Shown one piece after another: positions 10,885 to 21,400 of a DNA stretch of 64,000 bases. Below the pieces are notes generated by a model. The model was not told the origin of the DNA, did not search any database, and saw only the letters and a program-made list of their open reading frames with translations. Location of the stretch: positions 22,971-86,970 of the forward strand of contig JBGAOA010000005.1 of the NCBI GenBank assembly GCA_044222065.1. The letters run 5' to 3'. Made by a program: the position numbers and the translations under genes. The stretch comes from Candidatus Eiseniibacteriota bacterium. GTDB lineage: Bacteria; Eisenbacteria; RBG-16-71-46. Position 1 is the stretch's first letter. Every line of letters begins with the position of its first letter.

Positions 10885-12061
10885 TCAGAAGGGTCGCTGG
10901 AGCCTCAACGAGACGAGGAAGTCGCCGTCGGACGAGCGCTCGACGTCCCAGCGCGCATCGGAGTTGTTCCAGGCGCGGCCGACGTCGACGAACGCGAGCA
11001 GCTCGATTCCCGGATCGGAGGATCGGCCGACGTACGGCCACAGGCTCAGCGCGTACTCCGCCTGGGCGAGCGCGAGCTGGTTTCCGCGGAACTCGGAGAA
11101 GGCGTGCGCGCGCAGGCCGTCCACGCCGCCCGCGACGAATTCTCGCTGGCGTGGCAGCGTGCCCGATCCGTTCGTGCCGGCGACGGCGCGCACCGAGAAC
11201 GTCGTCGCGGGCGACAGCCGGAACACCGTGCGGAGATCGGCCAGCGCTCGCGTGTAGTCGAAGTCGCCGCCGAGGCCCGCGCCGCCGCGCTCGAACTCGA
11301 TCCAGTGGTAGACGCCGGCGCGCGTGCCGCGGGTCCGGTGAACGAGCCGCTCGAGCCGCAGCTGGAACGCCCGGATGCGACCGTCGTCCACCGCCGGGTT
11401 CTCGCGCAGGGTCCGCCCCGCGTTCGTCCAGGATCGCGTGCCGCGCCGCAGTTCCAGGCTGCGGTAGTCGTCCGAGCGCACGTGCACGCTGACGGTCGAG
11501 AAGTCGGGCACGCGCCACGACAGGTAGGCGCCGAGGCCTTCGCGCTCGAAGTAGTCGCGCCAGTCCTGGCGCCCGAACAGCATCGCGAGCGTGTTCTCGA
11601 AGTCCTCGGTCTGCTGCAGGTCGAGATGATCGGTGCGACGGACGAAGCTCGCGCCCACGGCGATGCGTCCCGGCGGGCGCAGCGGCTGTTCGATCTGGAA
11701 TCCATAGAGCGTGCGCTCGCGGCCGAACGAGTATTCGAGTCGCCCGCCGACGCGCGGATACATCGAGCGCGTGATCTGCCACTGATGGCCGACGCCGAGT
11801 CGGAGCTGGTCCACTCGGTTGTAGTCGAGCAGCAGGTCTTCGTTGTGACGCCCGCGATCCTCGGAGCTCGCCGGCGCCGAGACTGTCGCCGCCGGTGGGC
11901 GTGAAGCGGAGGATCGCGCTCGTCGAATCCGATTGCGCGCGAGCCGGTGCGAAGGAGAAGGCGAGCGCCAAAACCAGCGCGAGCGGTGCGAGCAGCAGGC
12001 GGGCGTTCGGCGCACGGAGCGCCGGAGTCGCGGCGGGACGGGCCTGGGACCGGTCGTTCAC
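10885..12061 (-). pseudogene. BamA/TamA (Omp85)-family beta-barrel, frameshifted near 11850-11880 and apparently missing C-terminal strands
   Basis: The SD + GTG (12061) signal-peptide frame differs from the barrel frame (DYNRVD..., GGVDGLRAHAFSEFRGN, AFVDVGRAW, terminal F). Confidence 0.6.
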
Positions 12062-12122
12062 GGGATCACCTCGGGGGGACGGAGCGTCTTTCGCGGGGAG
12101 CGTCCGCAAGCTCCGTTCCAGA

Positions 12123-12150
12123 TACGCGACGACGACGCGGCGCGGTTTCA
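12123..12150 (-). promoter_or_regulatory. SigW-like ECF promoter upstream of the BamA-like gene
   Basis: TGAAAC-N18-CGTA; spacer one nt longer than the copy at 4558. Confidence 0.4.
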
Positions 12151-12220
12151 CGAAGTCCGAACGCGGGGCTCGCCCGGGAGCACTGTGGCGCGCACGCCAC
12201 GCTCATGGCTCGCTCGCGCC

Positions 12221-13567
12221 TCAATGCCGGCGAATTCCGTACTTGCGCATCTTGCGGTGCAGGTTCGTCCGATCGATGCCGAGCCCCGCGGCGGCCTGCG
12301 TGACGTTCCAGTTCGCGCTCTCGAGCGCGCGGCGGATGGCGTCGGCCTCGCGACGGCCGATCTCGCCGCGCAACCCCACGCCGTCCGACTCCCCGGCGTC
12401 GTCCACGAGCCACGGCTCGAGGTCCACGTCGCGGAGCGTATCCCCTTCGACGAGGATCGCGGCGCGCTCCATCAGGTTTCGCAGTTCGCGCACGTTGCCC
12501 GGCCACGAGTAGGCCGTGAGAGCCTCGACGGCCTCGGGCGAAAGCGACTGCGGCGCGCGGCCCTCGGCGGCGGCGAAGCGCGCGAGGAAGTGCGCGGCGA
12601 GGAGCGGTATGTCCGTCCGTCGCTCACGCAGCGGAGGAACGACGAGCGGGAGCACGTTTAGCCGGTAGTAGAGGTCCTGCCGGAAGTCGCCGGCTTCGAC
12701 CGCCCCGGGCAGGTCCTTGTTCGTTGCCGCGATCACGCGGACGTCGGCGCGCCCGGTCCGCGTGCCGCCGACACGCTCCACTTCTCCGGTCTCGATCGCA
12801 CGCAGCAGCTTCGCCTGCGCTTCGAGCGACAGGTCGCCGATCTCGTCGAGGAACAACGTGCCGCCGTCGGCGAGCTCGAGCCGTCCCTTCTTGCTCTGCA
12901 TCGCGCCCGTGAACGCGCCCTTCTCGTATCCGAACAGCTCGCTCTCGACGAGGTCGCGCGGAATCGCGGCGCAATTGAGCTTCACGAACGGGCCCGAGGC
13001 GCGCTTGGAGAGTGCGTGGATCGCCTCGGCGACGAGTTCCTTGCCCGCCCCGTTTTCGCCCGTGATGAGCACGCGGCCCTGCGACGGCGCAACGCGGCGG
13101 ATGCTCTCGACGAGCGCCTGCAGCGCCGGGCTGCGGCCGAGGAGTCCCGCGAGCGCGTCGTCGGTCACTTTCGGCTCCGGGGCGTTCGCGACGCCGGCGC
13201 GGCGGAGCCGGCCGAGCCGCGTGCACTCCGCGAGTGCGGCGAGCAGGCGTTCGGGATCCACGGGCTTCGAGATGAAGTCGAACGCGCCGAGCTGCCCCGC
13301 CTGGAACGCGTTGTCGAGCGTCGTCTCGCCGCTCACCATGAGCACGGCCGCCTGCGGCGCGGCATCGCGCAGCCGTCGGAGAACCTCGAGGCCCGACGGG
13401 CCGGGCATGCGGATGTCGAGCAGGATCACCTCCGGTGCGGCCTCGTCCGCCACTTTGAGCGCCTGCTCGCCGTCCGCTGCCTCGCGAACGGAATGGCCCT
13501 CGTCCGCGAGCACGCCGCGCAGCATCTTCCGGATCGCGGGATCGTCGTCCACCACGAGCACGTCCAT
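12221..13567 (-). CDS. sigma54-dependent response regulator (NtrX/NtrC family)
   Basis: REC domain (VLVVDDD, LLDIRMP), GENGAGKE, GAFTGA, WPGNVREL, Fis HTH. Confidence 0.95.
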   Translation of the reverse strand: MDVLVVDDDPAIRKMLRGVLADEGHSVREAADGEQALKVADEAAPEVILLDIRMPGPSGLEVLRRLRDAAPQAAVLMVSGETTLDNAFQAGQLGAFDFISKPVDPERLLAALAECTRLGRLRRAGVANAPEPKVTDDALAGLLGRSPALQALVESIRRVAPSQGRVLITGENGAGKELVAEAIHALSKRASGPFVKLNCAAIPRDLVESELFGYEKGAFTGAMQSKKGRLELADGGTLFLDEIGDLSLEAQAKLLRAIETGEVERVGGTRTGRADVRVIAATNKDLPGAVEAGDFRQDLYYRLNVLPLVVPPLRERRTDIPLLAAHFLARFAAAEGRAPQSLSPEAVEALTAYSWPGNVRELRNLMERAAILVEGDTLRDVDLEPWLVDDAGESDGVGLRGEIGRREADAIRRALESANWNVTQAAAGLGIDRTNLHRKMRKYGIRRH

Positions 13568-13581
13568 GCGGTTCCTCTCGT

Positions 13582-15111
13582 TCAGCCGCGCTGCGACTCG
13601 CCGTCGCCCGCGGAAAGGAGCGGCACGACGAGGCGCGCGCGCGCGCCTCCGCCGCTGCGATTCTCCAGCGTCACCTCGCCGCCGTGCCGGTTCGCGATGT
13701 CGCGCACGAGCGGAAGTCCGAGTCCGCTGCCGCGGCGCTTCGTGCTGACGTACGCCTCGAACAGCCGTTCGGCGGAACCTTCGGGCAATCCGGGCCCGCG
13801 GTCGAGCACTTCGACGGCGGCGCGCCGTCCCTCGGCGCGCGCGACGATCTCGATCTCGCCGCCCTCGGGGCTGGCCTCGCAGGCGTTGAGCGTCAGATTG
13901 TGCAGCGCCCGCGACAGCAGCATCGGATCGCCGCGCACCGGGAGCGCCGTGTCGGCCGCCACCGAGACCTTCACCGCGTGCCCGTCGTGGAGCGCCGCCA
14001 CCCGGCGAGTGACCTCGGCGAGGTCCACGGTCTCGAAGCGCGGCTCGGGCAGCCGCGCGTACTGCGCGAACTGCTCCGCGAGCCGCGACAGGTGTTCGAT
14101 CTCGTCCACGATCGCCTCGAGGCTCTCGCGCACCGCGACGCGCTCCGACTCGGGCACGGCATCGAGCCGGCGCTGCAGCCGGTGGAGCGAGAGCCGCATC
14201 GGCGTGAGCGGGTTCTTGATCTCGTGCGCCAGGTGGCGCGCGACTTCCCGCCACGCGGCTTCGCGTTCGGCCTGCTGCAACGACGCGCGCGCGCTCTCGA
14301 GGCTCGCCGTCATCTGGTTGAACGCGCCTCCGAGCGTACGCAACTCGCGCGCGCCGCGCGGCTGCACGCGCACCGCGAGGTCGCCGCCGGCGACGCGCGC
14401 GATCGCCGCGGACAGTTCTCCGAGCGGGCGCGACATGCCGCTCGCGAGCGTGCGTGCGAGCGCCAGCGAGACGATGCCGAGCGACACGACGAGCGCGCCG
14501 ACGAGAAGCCACACGTAGCGACGCTGAAGCGGAACGAGCACGCCGAGCTGCCGGTAGCGATTGACGCCTTCGCCCACCGCGTCGAGCTTGCCGAAGTACT
14601 CCGGCTCGACCCAGAGGCCGGTCACGATCGCCCGCTCGGGGCCGAGGGGACTCGCCGCCGCGAGCGCGCCCGCGCCCGACTGGAGTTCGACGCCGTGAGT
14701 CAGTCCCGCGGGAAGGTCCGAACCGAGGTCGATCGCGTCCTCGGGTGCGTCCGGAACGGCCGCGAAGTGCTCGATTCGCACCCAGCGTCCCTCGCGCAGC
14801 TCGTAGAGCTGAACGAAGCTCAGGCCCGACGCGCGCAGCTCGGCGCGCAATCCCGCTCGTTCGGCGTCCGAGAGCGTCCGTCCGGGCCAGCGCTCGGCCC
14901 ACGACTCCGCGTGCGACAGCGCGATCGCGAGCAGCCGCCCGTGGTCGCCGCGGGCGACGTCGAGCGCGGATTCGAGCGCGCTCTGCACGCCCGGGCGGTA
15001 CCAGCGCTGCGCCGATCGGTCGAGCTGCTGCAGCGTGAACGCGGTGAACAGTGCGATCGGAACCAGCGCGACCGCGAACAGCGCGAGCACCAGCCGCGAG
15101 CGGAGCGTCAC
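13582..15111 (-). CDS. HAMP sensor histidine kinase (NtrY-like)
   Basis: AAWREVARHLAHEIKNPLTPM H-box, HATPase GSGLGL, two TM helices. Confidence 0.92.
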   Translation of the reverse strand: MTLRSRLVLALFAVALVPIALFTAFTLQQLDRSAQRWYRPGVQSALESALDVARGDHGRLLAIALSHAESWAERWPGRTLSDAERAGLRAELRASGLSFVQLYELREGRWVRIEHFAAVPDAPEDAIDLGSDLPAGLTHGVELQSGAGALAAASPLGPERAIVTGLWVEPEYFGKLDAVGEGVNRYRQLGVLVPLQRRYVWLLVGALVVSLGIVSLALARTLASGMSRPLGELSAAIARVAGGDLAVRVQPRGARELRTLGGAFNQMTASLESARASLQQAEREAAWREVARHLAHEIKNPLTPMRLSLHRLQRRLDAVPESERVAVRESLEAIVDEIEHLSRLAEQFAQYARLPEPRFETVDLAEVTRRVAALHDGHAVKVSVAADTALPVRGDPMLLSRALHNLTLNACEASPEGGEIEIVARAEGRRAAVEVLDRGPGLPEGSAERLFEAYVSTKRRGSGLGLPLVRDIANRHGGEVTLENRSGGGARARLVVPLLSAGDGESQRG

Positions 15112-15130
15112 GTCCGTCGGATCGGGTCCA

Positions 15131-16204
15131 TCAGGCCCCCGGTCCCAGTCCTCCGAGCTGACCGCACGCCGCCCAGATCTCGCCGCCCATCGTCTGGCGA
15201 ACGGTCACCGCGGGCGCCTGCGGGTAGAGCCGGTGCGCGAACGCCTCGACCGCCTCGGGTGTCGGTCGCTGGTAGGGAAGCCCGGGCACCGGGTTGTACG
15301 GGATCAGGTTGATCTTGCTCGGCAGCGCGCGCGCCATCGCGGCGAGCCGGTCCGCGTCTTCGGGGCCGTCGTTCACGCCGCCGAGCAGCGTGTACTCGAG
15401 CGTCACGCGGCGCCCCGTTCGCTGGCCGTAGCGTTTCGCCGCGGCGAGCAATTCCGCGATCGGCCAGCGCTTGTTGATCGGCACGAGCTCGTCGCGCAAC
15501 GCGTCGGTCGTCGCGTGCAGCGAGATCGCGAGTCCCACCGGCAGTCCCGCGTCCGCCAGCTCTTCCATCTGAGGCACGAGTCCGCTCGTCGAGACCGTGA
15601 TGCGGCGAGCGCCGAGGTTGAGTCCCTCGTCGTCGTGGAGGATGCGAATGGACTCGACCACGTTGCGCGTGTTCGCGAGCGGCTCTCCCATGCCCATGAA
15701 GACGATGTTGAATCGGTCCGCTTCCTCGCCGGCGCGCTCGGCCATGGTGAGGATCTGGGCGATGATTTCCTCGGGCCACAGGTTGCGCTTGAGGCCCATC
15801 AATCCCGTCGCGCAGAACGAGCACTTGAGCGCGCAACCCACCTGGCTCGAGACGCAGAACGTGAGGCCACGATCGGTGCGCATCGAGACGCACTCGACGA
15901 GGGAACCGTCCGAAAGTTCGAGCACGAACTTCACGGTCGCGCCGTCCGGGGTCGCGCGCGCCGTCTCGATGCGCGGCAGCGCGAGGTCGAGGATCGAGTG
16001 GAAGTCTCGCCGGAGAGCCGCCGGGAGATTCGTCATGCTCGCGGGATCGCGATGACGCTTGCGATAGACCCACGAGAACAACTGGGCGGCGCGATAGCCC
16101 GGAAAACCGCGCTGCCCGAGGTGTTCGGCGAGGGCGGCGCGAGAGAGGCCGAAGAAGTTCGGCGCACGCCCGGATGGGCTGGCGGAAGGGCTCGCGTGGG
16201 TCAT
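15131..16204 (-). CDS. rlmN: 23S rRNA A2503 / tRNA methyltransferase RlmN
   Basis: CVSSQVGCALKCSFCATG, MGMGEP, C-terminal AACGQL. Confidence 0.96.
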   Translation of the reverse strand: MTHASPSASPSGRAPNFFGLSRAALAEHLGQRGFPGYRAAQLFSWVYRKRHRDPASMTNLPAALRRDFHSILDLALPRIETARATPDGATVKFVLELSDGSLVECVSMRTDRGLTFCVSSQVGCALKCSFCATGLMGLKRNLWPEEIIAQILTMAERAGEEADRFNIVFMGMGEPLANTRNVVESIRILHDDEGLNLGARRITVSTSGLVPQMEELADAGLPVGLAISLHATTDALRDELVPINKRWPIAELLAAAKRYGQRTGRRVTLEYTLLGGVNDGPEDADRLAAMARALPSKINLIPYNPVPGLPYQRPTPEAVEAFAHRLYPQAPAVTVRQTMGGEIWAACGQLGGLGPGA

Positions 16205-16289
16205 AGGGGCTCGGGTCTCGGCCGCGCGAAAGCTAACAGAGCAAATTTGTTGCGGTCAACGCGCGCATGATGATATGCATCGCCGTGCA

Positions 16290-16904
16290 ATGAACTCGAA
16301 AGCGCTGGATCGTCGTGCCCGGCTGGCGTGCGTGCTCGAGGCGTCGCGATTCAACATCGTCTCGCGACTCTCGGCGACTCGGGGACTTTCCGTGAGCGCG
16401 CTCGCGCGCGAGATCGGCCTTTCGCAGTCCTGCACCACTCGACATCTCCAGGTGCTTCAGCGCCACGGACTCGTCCGTGGTCGACGGGTCGGCAAGGAAG
16501 TCCGCTTCGAACTCGTCGGTGATCGCCCCGAGGTCGCACTGCTCGCGAGCTGGTTCGACGTCGAGGGGGACGTGCCGGGACCTGGCGATGCGGAACAGCG
16601 GACTGTCCGCGTGAACCCGCGCGGGCGCACGCCGACCCGTTCGTCCAACTCGCGCCGCGCGGGTGCCGAGGCCAGCCCGCGATCGAGCGCGGCGCTGGCG
16701 CGCGACGGGTCCCGCGACGATAATGCCGCGCTTCCGCCGGACACCCGCAGCGATGCCGAAGGCCAGACTCGTGTTCGTTCGGAGCCCGGGGATCCCGAGG
16801 GAGTCGAGTCCGCGAACTCGGAGCCCGCGGGACTCGGAGCGCCCACCTCGGAAGGCTCCGCTTCGCACCGCCGTTCCGACGACATCGAGGATTTCCTCCT
16901 GTGA
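16290..16904 (+). CDS. ArsR/SmtB-family HTH regulator with long disordered C-terminal tail
   Basis: SRFNIV..L...LSVSALAREIGLSQSCTTRHLQVL...GLV..RRVGKEV; tail ends DDIEDFLL; start at 16275 or 16290. Confidence 0.7.
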   Translation: MNSKALDRRARLACVLEASRFNIVSRLSATRGLSVSALAREIGLSQSCTTRHLQVLQRHGLVRGRRVGKEVRFELVGDRPEVALLASWFDVEGDVPGPGDAEQRTVRVNPRGRTPTRSSNSRRAGAEASPRSSAALARDGSRDDNAALPPDTRSDAEGQTRVRSEPGDPEGVESANSEPAGLGAPTSEGSASHRRSDDIEDFLL

Positions 16905-17893
16905 GTGCCGCCAGACCTATGCGTGTTGGTGCAATTGATCTCGGATCGAACTCGATCCGACTCCTGGTCGCCGACGTCACTCCCGGTGCCGATGGCGTGC
17001 TCGCGCTCGAAACGGTGGCCCGAGCGGGTGAGCCGTGCCGACTCGCCCGAGGCCTCGACCGTACCGGGCGCATCGACGAGGCCGCCGGGGAGCGGGCCGC
17101 CGTACTCGCGGTGGAGTTCCTGCGCCGGGCGCGATCGCTCGGTGCGCGACACGTCGTCTTCGGAGCCACGGCTGCGCTGCGGTCCAGCGACAACGGCGCC
17201 GAAATCGCACGCCTGCTCGAGGCGCGGTGCGGCATTCCGGTCCGGATTCTCAGCGGTGAGGACGAAGCGCGGCTGGTCTACCGCGCGGTTGTGTCGCGGC
17301 TCGATGCGCCGGTTCGCCGCTCGCCATGCGTCGTTTTCGACATCGGCGGTGGCAGCACAGAGGTTGTCAGCGGGCTCGGTGCGGAGCCGGGGCGCTGGGC
17401 GAGCCTGCCCATCGGCGCAGTGAACTTGACCGAGAAGTTCCTGCACTCCGACCCGGCCCATTCGCAGGAGATCGCCGATCTCGAGGCGGCCGTGGATTCC
17501 CAAATCATGCATTGGTGTGCATACATGCCGCCGACGACGCCCGTGCTCGCCGGGGTCGGCGGCACCGTCACCTTGCTGGCCGGACTGGATCGCGGGCTTT
17601 CGAGCCACGAGCCCAATCTTCTCGAGGGCCACCGAATCCCGATTGCGCGACTGGAGTCCTGGGTGTCGGAACTGGTTGCGGCCCCCCACGGCGTTCGGCT
17701 CTCGATGCCGCTGATGGGGGAGGGACGGGCGGACATCGTCGTGGCGGGGGCGCTGGTCGTTCGTGCGCTCGCGCGCCGATTTCCCTCCGAGGCCCTCGTT
17801 TGTTCGACTCAGGGACTCCGATATGCGCTCGCGCGAGTGGCGGCGGAGGAAGCGATCGCGAGCGACCCCGGGGATCTCGAACAAAGTCGTTGA
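16901..17893 (+). CDS. ppx: Ppx/GppA family phosphatase
   Basis: AIDLGSNSIRL, ATAALR, ILSGEDEA, DIGGGSTE, GRADIVVAG. Confidence 0.92.
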   Translation: MSAARPMRVGAIDLGSNSIRLLVADVTPGADGVLALETVARAGEPCRLARGLDRTGRIDEAAGERAAVLAVEFLRRARSLGARHVVFGATAALRSSDNGAEIARLLEARCGIPVRILSGEDEARLVYRAVVSRLDAPVRRSPCVVFDIGGGSTEVVSGLGAEPGRWASLPIGAVNLTEKFLHSDPAHSQEIADLEAAVDSQIMHWCAYMPPTTPVLAGVGGTVTLLAGLDRGLSSHEPNLLEGHRIPIARLESWVSELVAAPHGVRLSMPLMGEGRADIVVAGALVVRALARRFPSEALVCSTQGLRYALARVAAEEAIASDPGDLEQSR

Positions 17894-18029
17894 CCCTCTC
17901 CTCGAGCCGGGCGGATACTTCGGGCGGCAAAGCAGGCCACAACCCCTCTTTTCCAGTGCGGCCACGGGTGCTGTCCCGACGGCCGTTTCGTGTATCCGTC
18001 GTTCAATGCCAGTGAAGGAGCAGTTCCGA

Positions 18030-18347
18030 ATGCAGAGGTTGCGCAGCCAGCTCCTGATCGCACTGGTCCTCGCGGTCCTCAGCATTCCGACCGTGACCGG
18101 GATCGCGCACGCTCGAAAGAGGGTTCTTTCGGACGGCGGCGCGTCTACGTCACTGCCGGGAAGACAGTCCGGTGCGTTCTCGGGTGAACCGGACGGTCAC
18201 ACGGCCCCGCCGCAGAGCACTGCGCCGCGGCTGGGTGCTGGAGTCGCGGGTGGCGAAACGCAGCTGATGGTCGGCTCGAAGAGCCTCGGTCAGTGGTTTC
18301 GCTGGGCCGGCACGGTTTGGAAGGTGAGGTACCTGGCGCGTCACTAG
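18030..18347 (+). CDS. Small secreted protein (105 aa): signal peptide, SGEPD motif, Trp-rich amphipathic C-terminus
   Basis: SD AAGGAG at 18015-18020; MQRLRSQLLIALVLAVLSIPTVTGIAHA signal peptide; ends QWFRWAGTVWKVRYLARH. Confidence 0.65.
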   Translation: MQRLRSQLLIALVLAVLSIPTVTGIAHARKRVLSDGGASTSLPGRQSGAFSGEPDGHTAPPQSTAPRLGAGVAGGETQLMVGSKSLGQWFRWAGTVWKVRYLARH

Positions 18348-18452
18348 TGGTGCAACTCGATCGCGCCACCGCGCCAGTCTGTTCGCCAGACCACTCGGAA
18401 CGAACCGCCGAGTGGTCCAACCGGGTTCGTAGCACAACGAGGGTTCGTCACA

Positions 18453-21400
18453 GTGCAGAGAGCGATCCCCCCCGATCTTTCTCGTGCTGACTCGCTCGCG
18501 CCGAATTCCGTTCGGCAGCACGAAGCGATCGGTGATCTGCATCTGGCCGCCGACCAATTCGCCGGCGCCGTGGAGGCCTACTCCGCGGCCCTCGCCGAAC
18601 TGGGCGGCGAGCCGCGTTCGGAACGCGGCCGCCTGCTGCTCCGGCTCGCCGACGCTTCGATTCGCCGTTCCGACCTCGATCTGGCGCTGACCGCGCTCAA
18701 CGAGGCTCGGGGCATCGCGCGTCAGTCGGGCGACCTCGCCCTGTCCGCACGCGCTTCCGCGTTCTTCGTGATGGTGCACCTCGAGCGCGGCAACTATCGA
18801 CGAGCGCGCCGCTACGGCCTGTTCGCCTATCGCGTGCTGCGTGGCTCCGACGATCACCGGACCGTCGGCCACGTCGAACTGCACCTCGGCGTGTGCGCCG
18901 AGATGCTCGGACGCCGGCCCGAGGCGATCGAGTGGCTGCAGAACGCCGCAGCGACCTTCCGGCGCATCGACGACGTCGAAGGTCTGGTTTGCGCGCTGAA
19001 CGAACTCGGCATCGTCTACAAGAACATGCGCGAATGGCGTGAGGCGACTCGCTTCCTCGAACAGGCGCTGCGCCTCGACGAGCGCGCCGGGCTGTACGAG
19101 CGCATGCGGACGCACAATCAGAACCTCGGCCTGATTCGCTACCGTCTCGGCCAGTGGGATCTCGCGGAGGAGAACTTCCGTCAGTCGTTGCGCATCGCGC
19201 GCGAGACCGGGCACCAGGTTGGCGAAGCGATCGCGCTCCTCGCCTTCGGCATGCTGTACCGCCGCCGCCGCCAGCTCGGGCGCGCCGCGGAGCACTACCG
19301 TTCGGCGCTCGAGATCGCGGCGCCGCTCGGCGCGTGGCGCGAGGTCGCGCTCGCGCGCGAGTTCCTCGCCGAGATCGAACTCGACCGCGGCAATGGCGCG
19401 GGTGCCATGGCGCTCCTAGAGCCCGCGCTCGAGGACGCGAACGCGCGTGCGCCGGAAGGCGACATGGCGATGGAACTGTCCATTCGCGTCGGCATGGCGC
19501 ATCTCGCGAGCGGCCGCGCGGAGCCCGCGCAGCGTTACCTGCTGGCCGGCCTCGCACTGGCCGAGCAGCTCGGTGATCGCATCGAGTCCGCGATCGCTGA
19601 GCGCGCGCTCGGACGGCTCGAGGCGACGCGCGGCAACGCCGCCGCCTTCGAGACGCGCATTCGTTCGGCCGCCTCGTGCTTCGAGCAACTCGGTGAGACC
19701 TACGAACTCGCGCTCACGCTTGCGACCTGGGCCGAGGGCGCGTTCCTGCTGCCGACGAGCACACGCCTCAAGCTGCTGCTCGAACCGGTCGGCGACGCGG
19801 CCCGACGCGCGGCGACGCTGTTCCGCCAGCTCGGCATCCCATCGCTCGCCGCCGAGTGCTACCTGAACCTTTCGCGGCTCGAGTCCGAACGCGAACACTT
19901 CGATTTCGCGCTCGGTCTGCTGGAGCAGGCCGAGTCGTGGCTCGCAGAATCCGAGGATCCCGACGTCGCGGAGCGCGCGGAAGCGCTGCGGCGCGATCTC
20001 GAGCGCCAGTACGTCGCAGTCTCGCTCTCGACCTGCAACGAATTCCGTGCGCTCGAAGACGCGAACCGGCTGTTCCGCGAGACCGCGGACATGGATGGTC
20101 TGCTGAACCAGGCGGTGCGGCTCGCCGTCGAACACGCCGGCGGTGACCGCGGATTCGTCGCGTTCACGAACGGCGGCGCGCGGCTCGACGTCGTCGCGCA
20201 GCACGGACTCGGACGCGAACGTGCGCGCCGCATCCTGCGCGTGCTCGAACAAGTCGGCGGCAGCCGGCTCGCTGAGAACGGTCCTCTGTTCTCGAGCCGA
20301 GTCACTGCCGATCCGCGGTTCTCGGTCTCGGTCGTGGACGCGCTCGATGGCGTCGGCTCGCTCGTCTGCGTCCCGCTCAACTTCCCATCGCAGTCGGTAG
20401 GACTCGTCTACGTGGATCGGCTCAACGACAGCCTGCTCGGCGCCTTCAAGCAGCGCGAGCTCAACCTGCTCGCCGTGCTCGCGAACAGCGCCGCGGTGGC
20501 GATCGTCGAAGCGCAGCGTTCACGCCTGCTCGAAGAGAATCGGCAGTTGCGTGATCGCCTCAAGCCGAGCCCCGGCATGGAGCGGGTGGTCTCTCAGTCC
20601 CGTGAGATCCAGAGCATCCTGCAGCTGCTGCAGAAGGTGAGCGACAGCCCGGCCACGGTGCTCTTCATGGGCGAGACTGGGACCGGCAAGGGGCTGCTCG
20701 CGCAGGTCGTGCACGAGAGCTCGGCGCGGCGCGACCGCCCCTTCATCCAGGTCAATTGCGCGGCGATCCCCGAGCACCTGCTCGAGAGCGAGCTGTTCGG
20801 CTACGTGCAGGGCGCCTTCACCGGCGCGATGCGCGACAAGACCGGGCTTTTCGAGGAGGCCGAAGGCGGGACGTTGTTCCTCGATGAGATCGAGAAGATT
20901 CCCGAGACCGTGCAGGCCAAGCTTCTCCACGTGCTGGATCGCAGCGAGATTCGCCCCGTCGGAGCGGCGCGCAGTCGACGCGTGGACACGCGAGTGATCT
21001 GCGCGACGGGATGCGATCTCCGCGATCGGATCCGGGAGCGCCGGTTCCTCGAGGACCTGTACTACCGGCTGAACGACATCACGGTGCGCGTGCCTCCGCT
21101 TCGCGAACGCCGCGAGGACATCCCGCTCCTCGCGCAGTACTTCCTCACGAGCTTCTCGCGCCAGATGGATCGTTCGATTGCGGGCTTCTCCGCGCCCGTG
21201 ATGCAGGCGCTGCTCGAGCACACGTGGCCCGGCAACGTGCGTGAGCTCGAGAAAACCGTGAAGCGCATGGTGGTGCTCGCGGATGACGGCGCGACGCTGG
21301 ACGTGGATCTTCTTCCGCCCGACCTCCGGGAGAGCACGCGGCCGGCGAGCACGGAGCTTCGGGTGGTGAGCCGCACGCTCAAGTCGAACGTCGTGAATCT

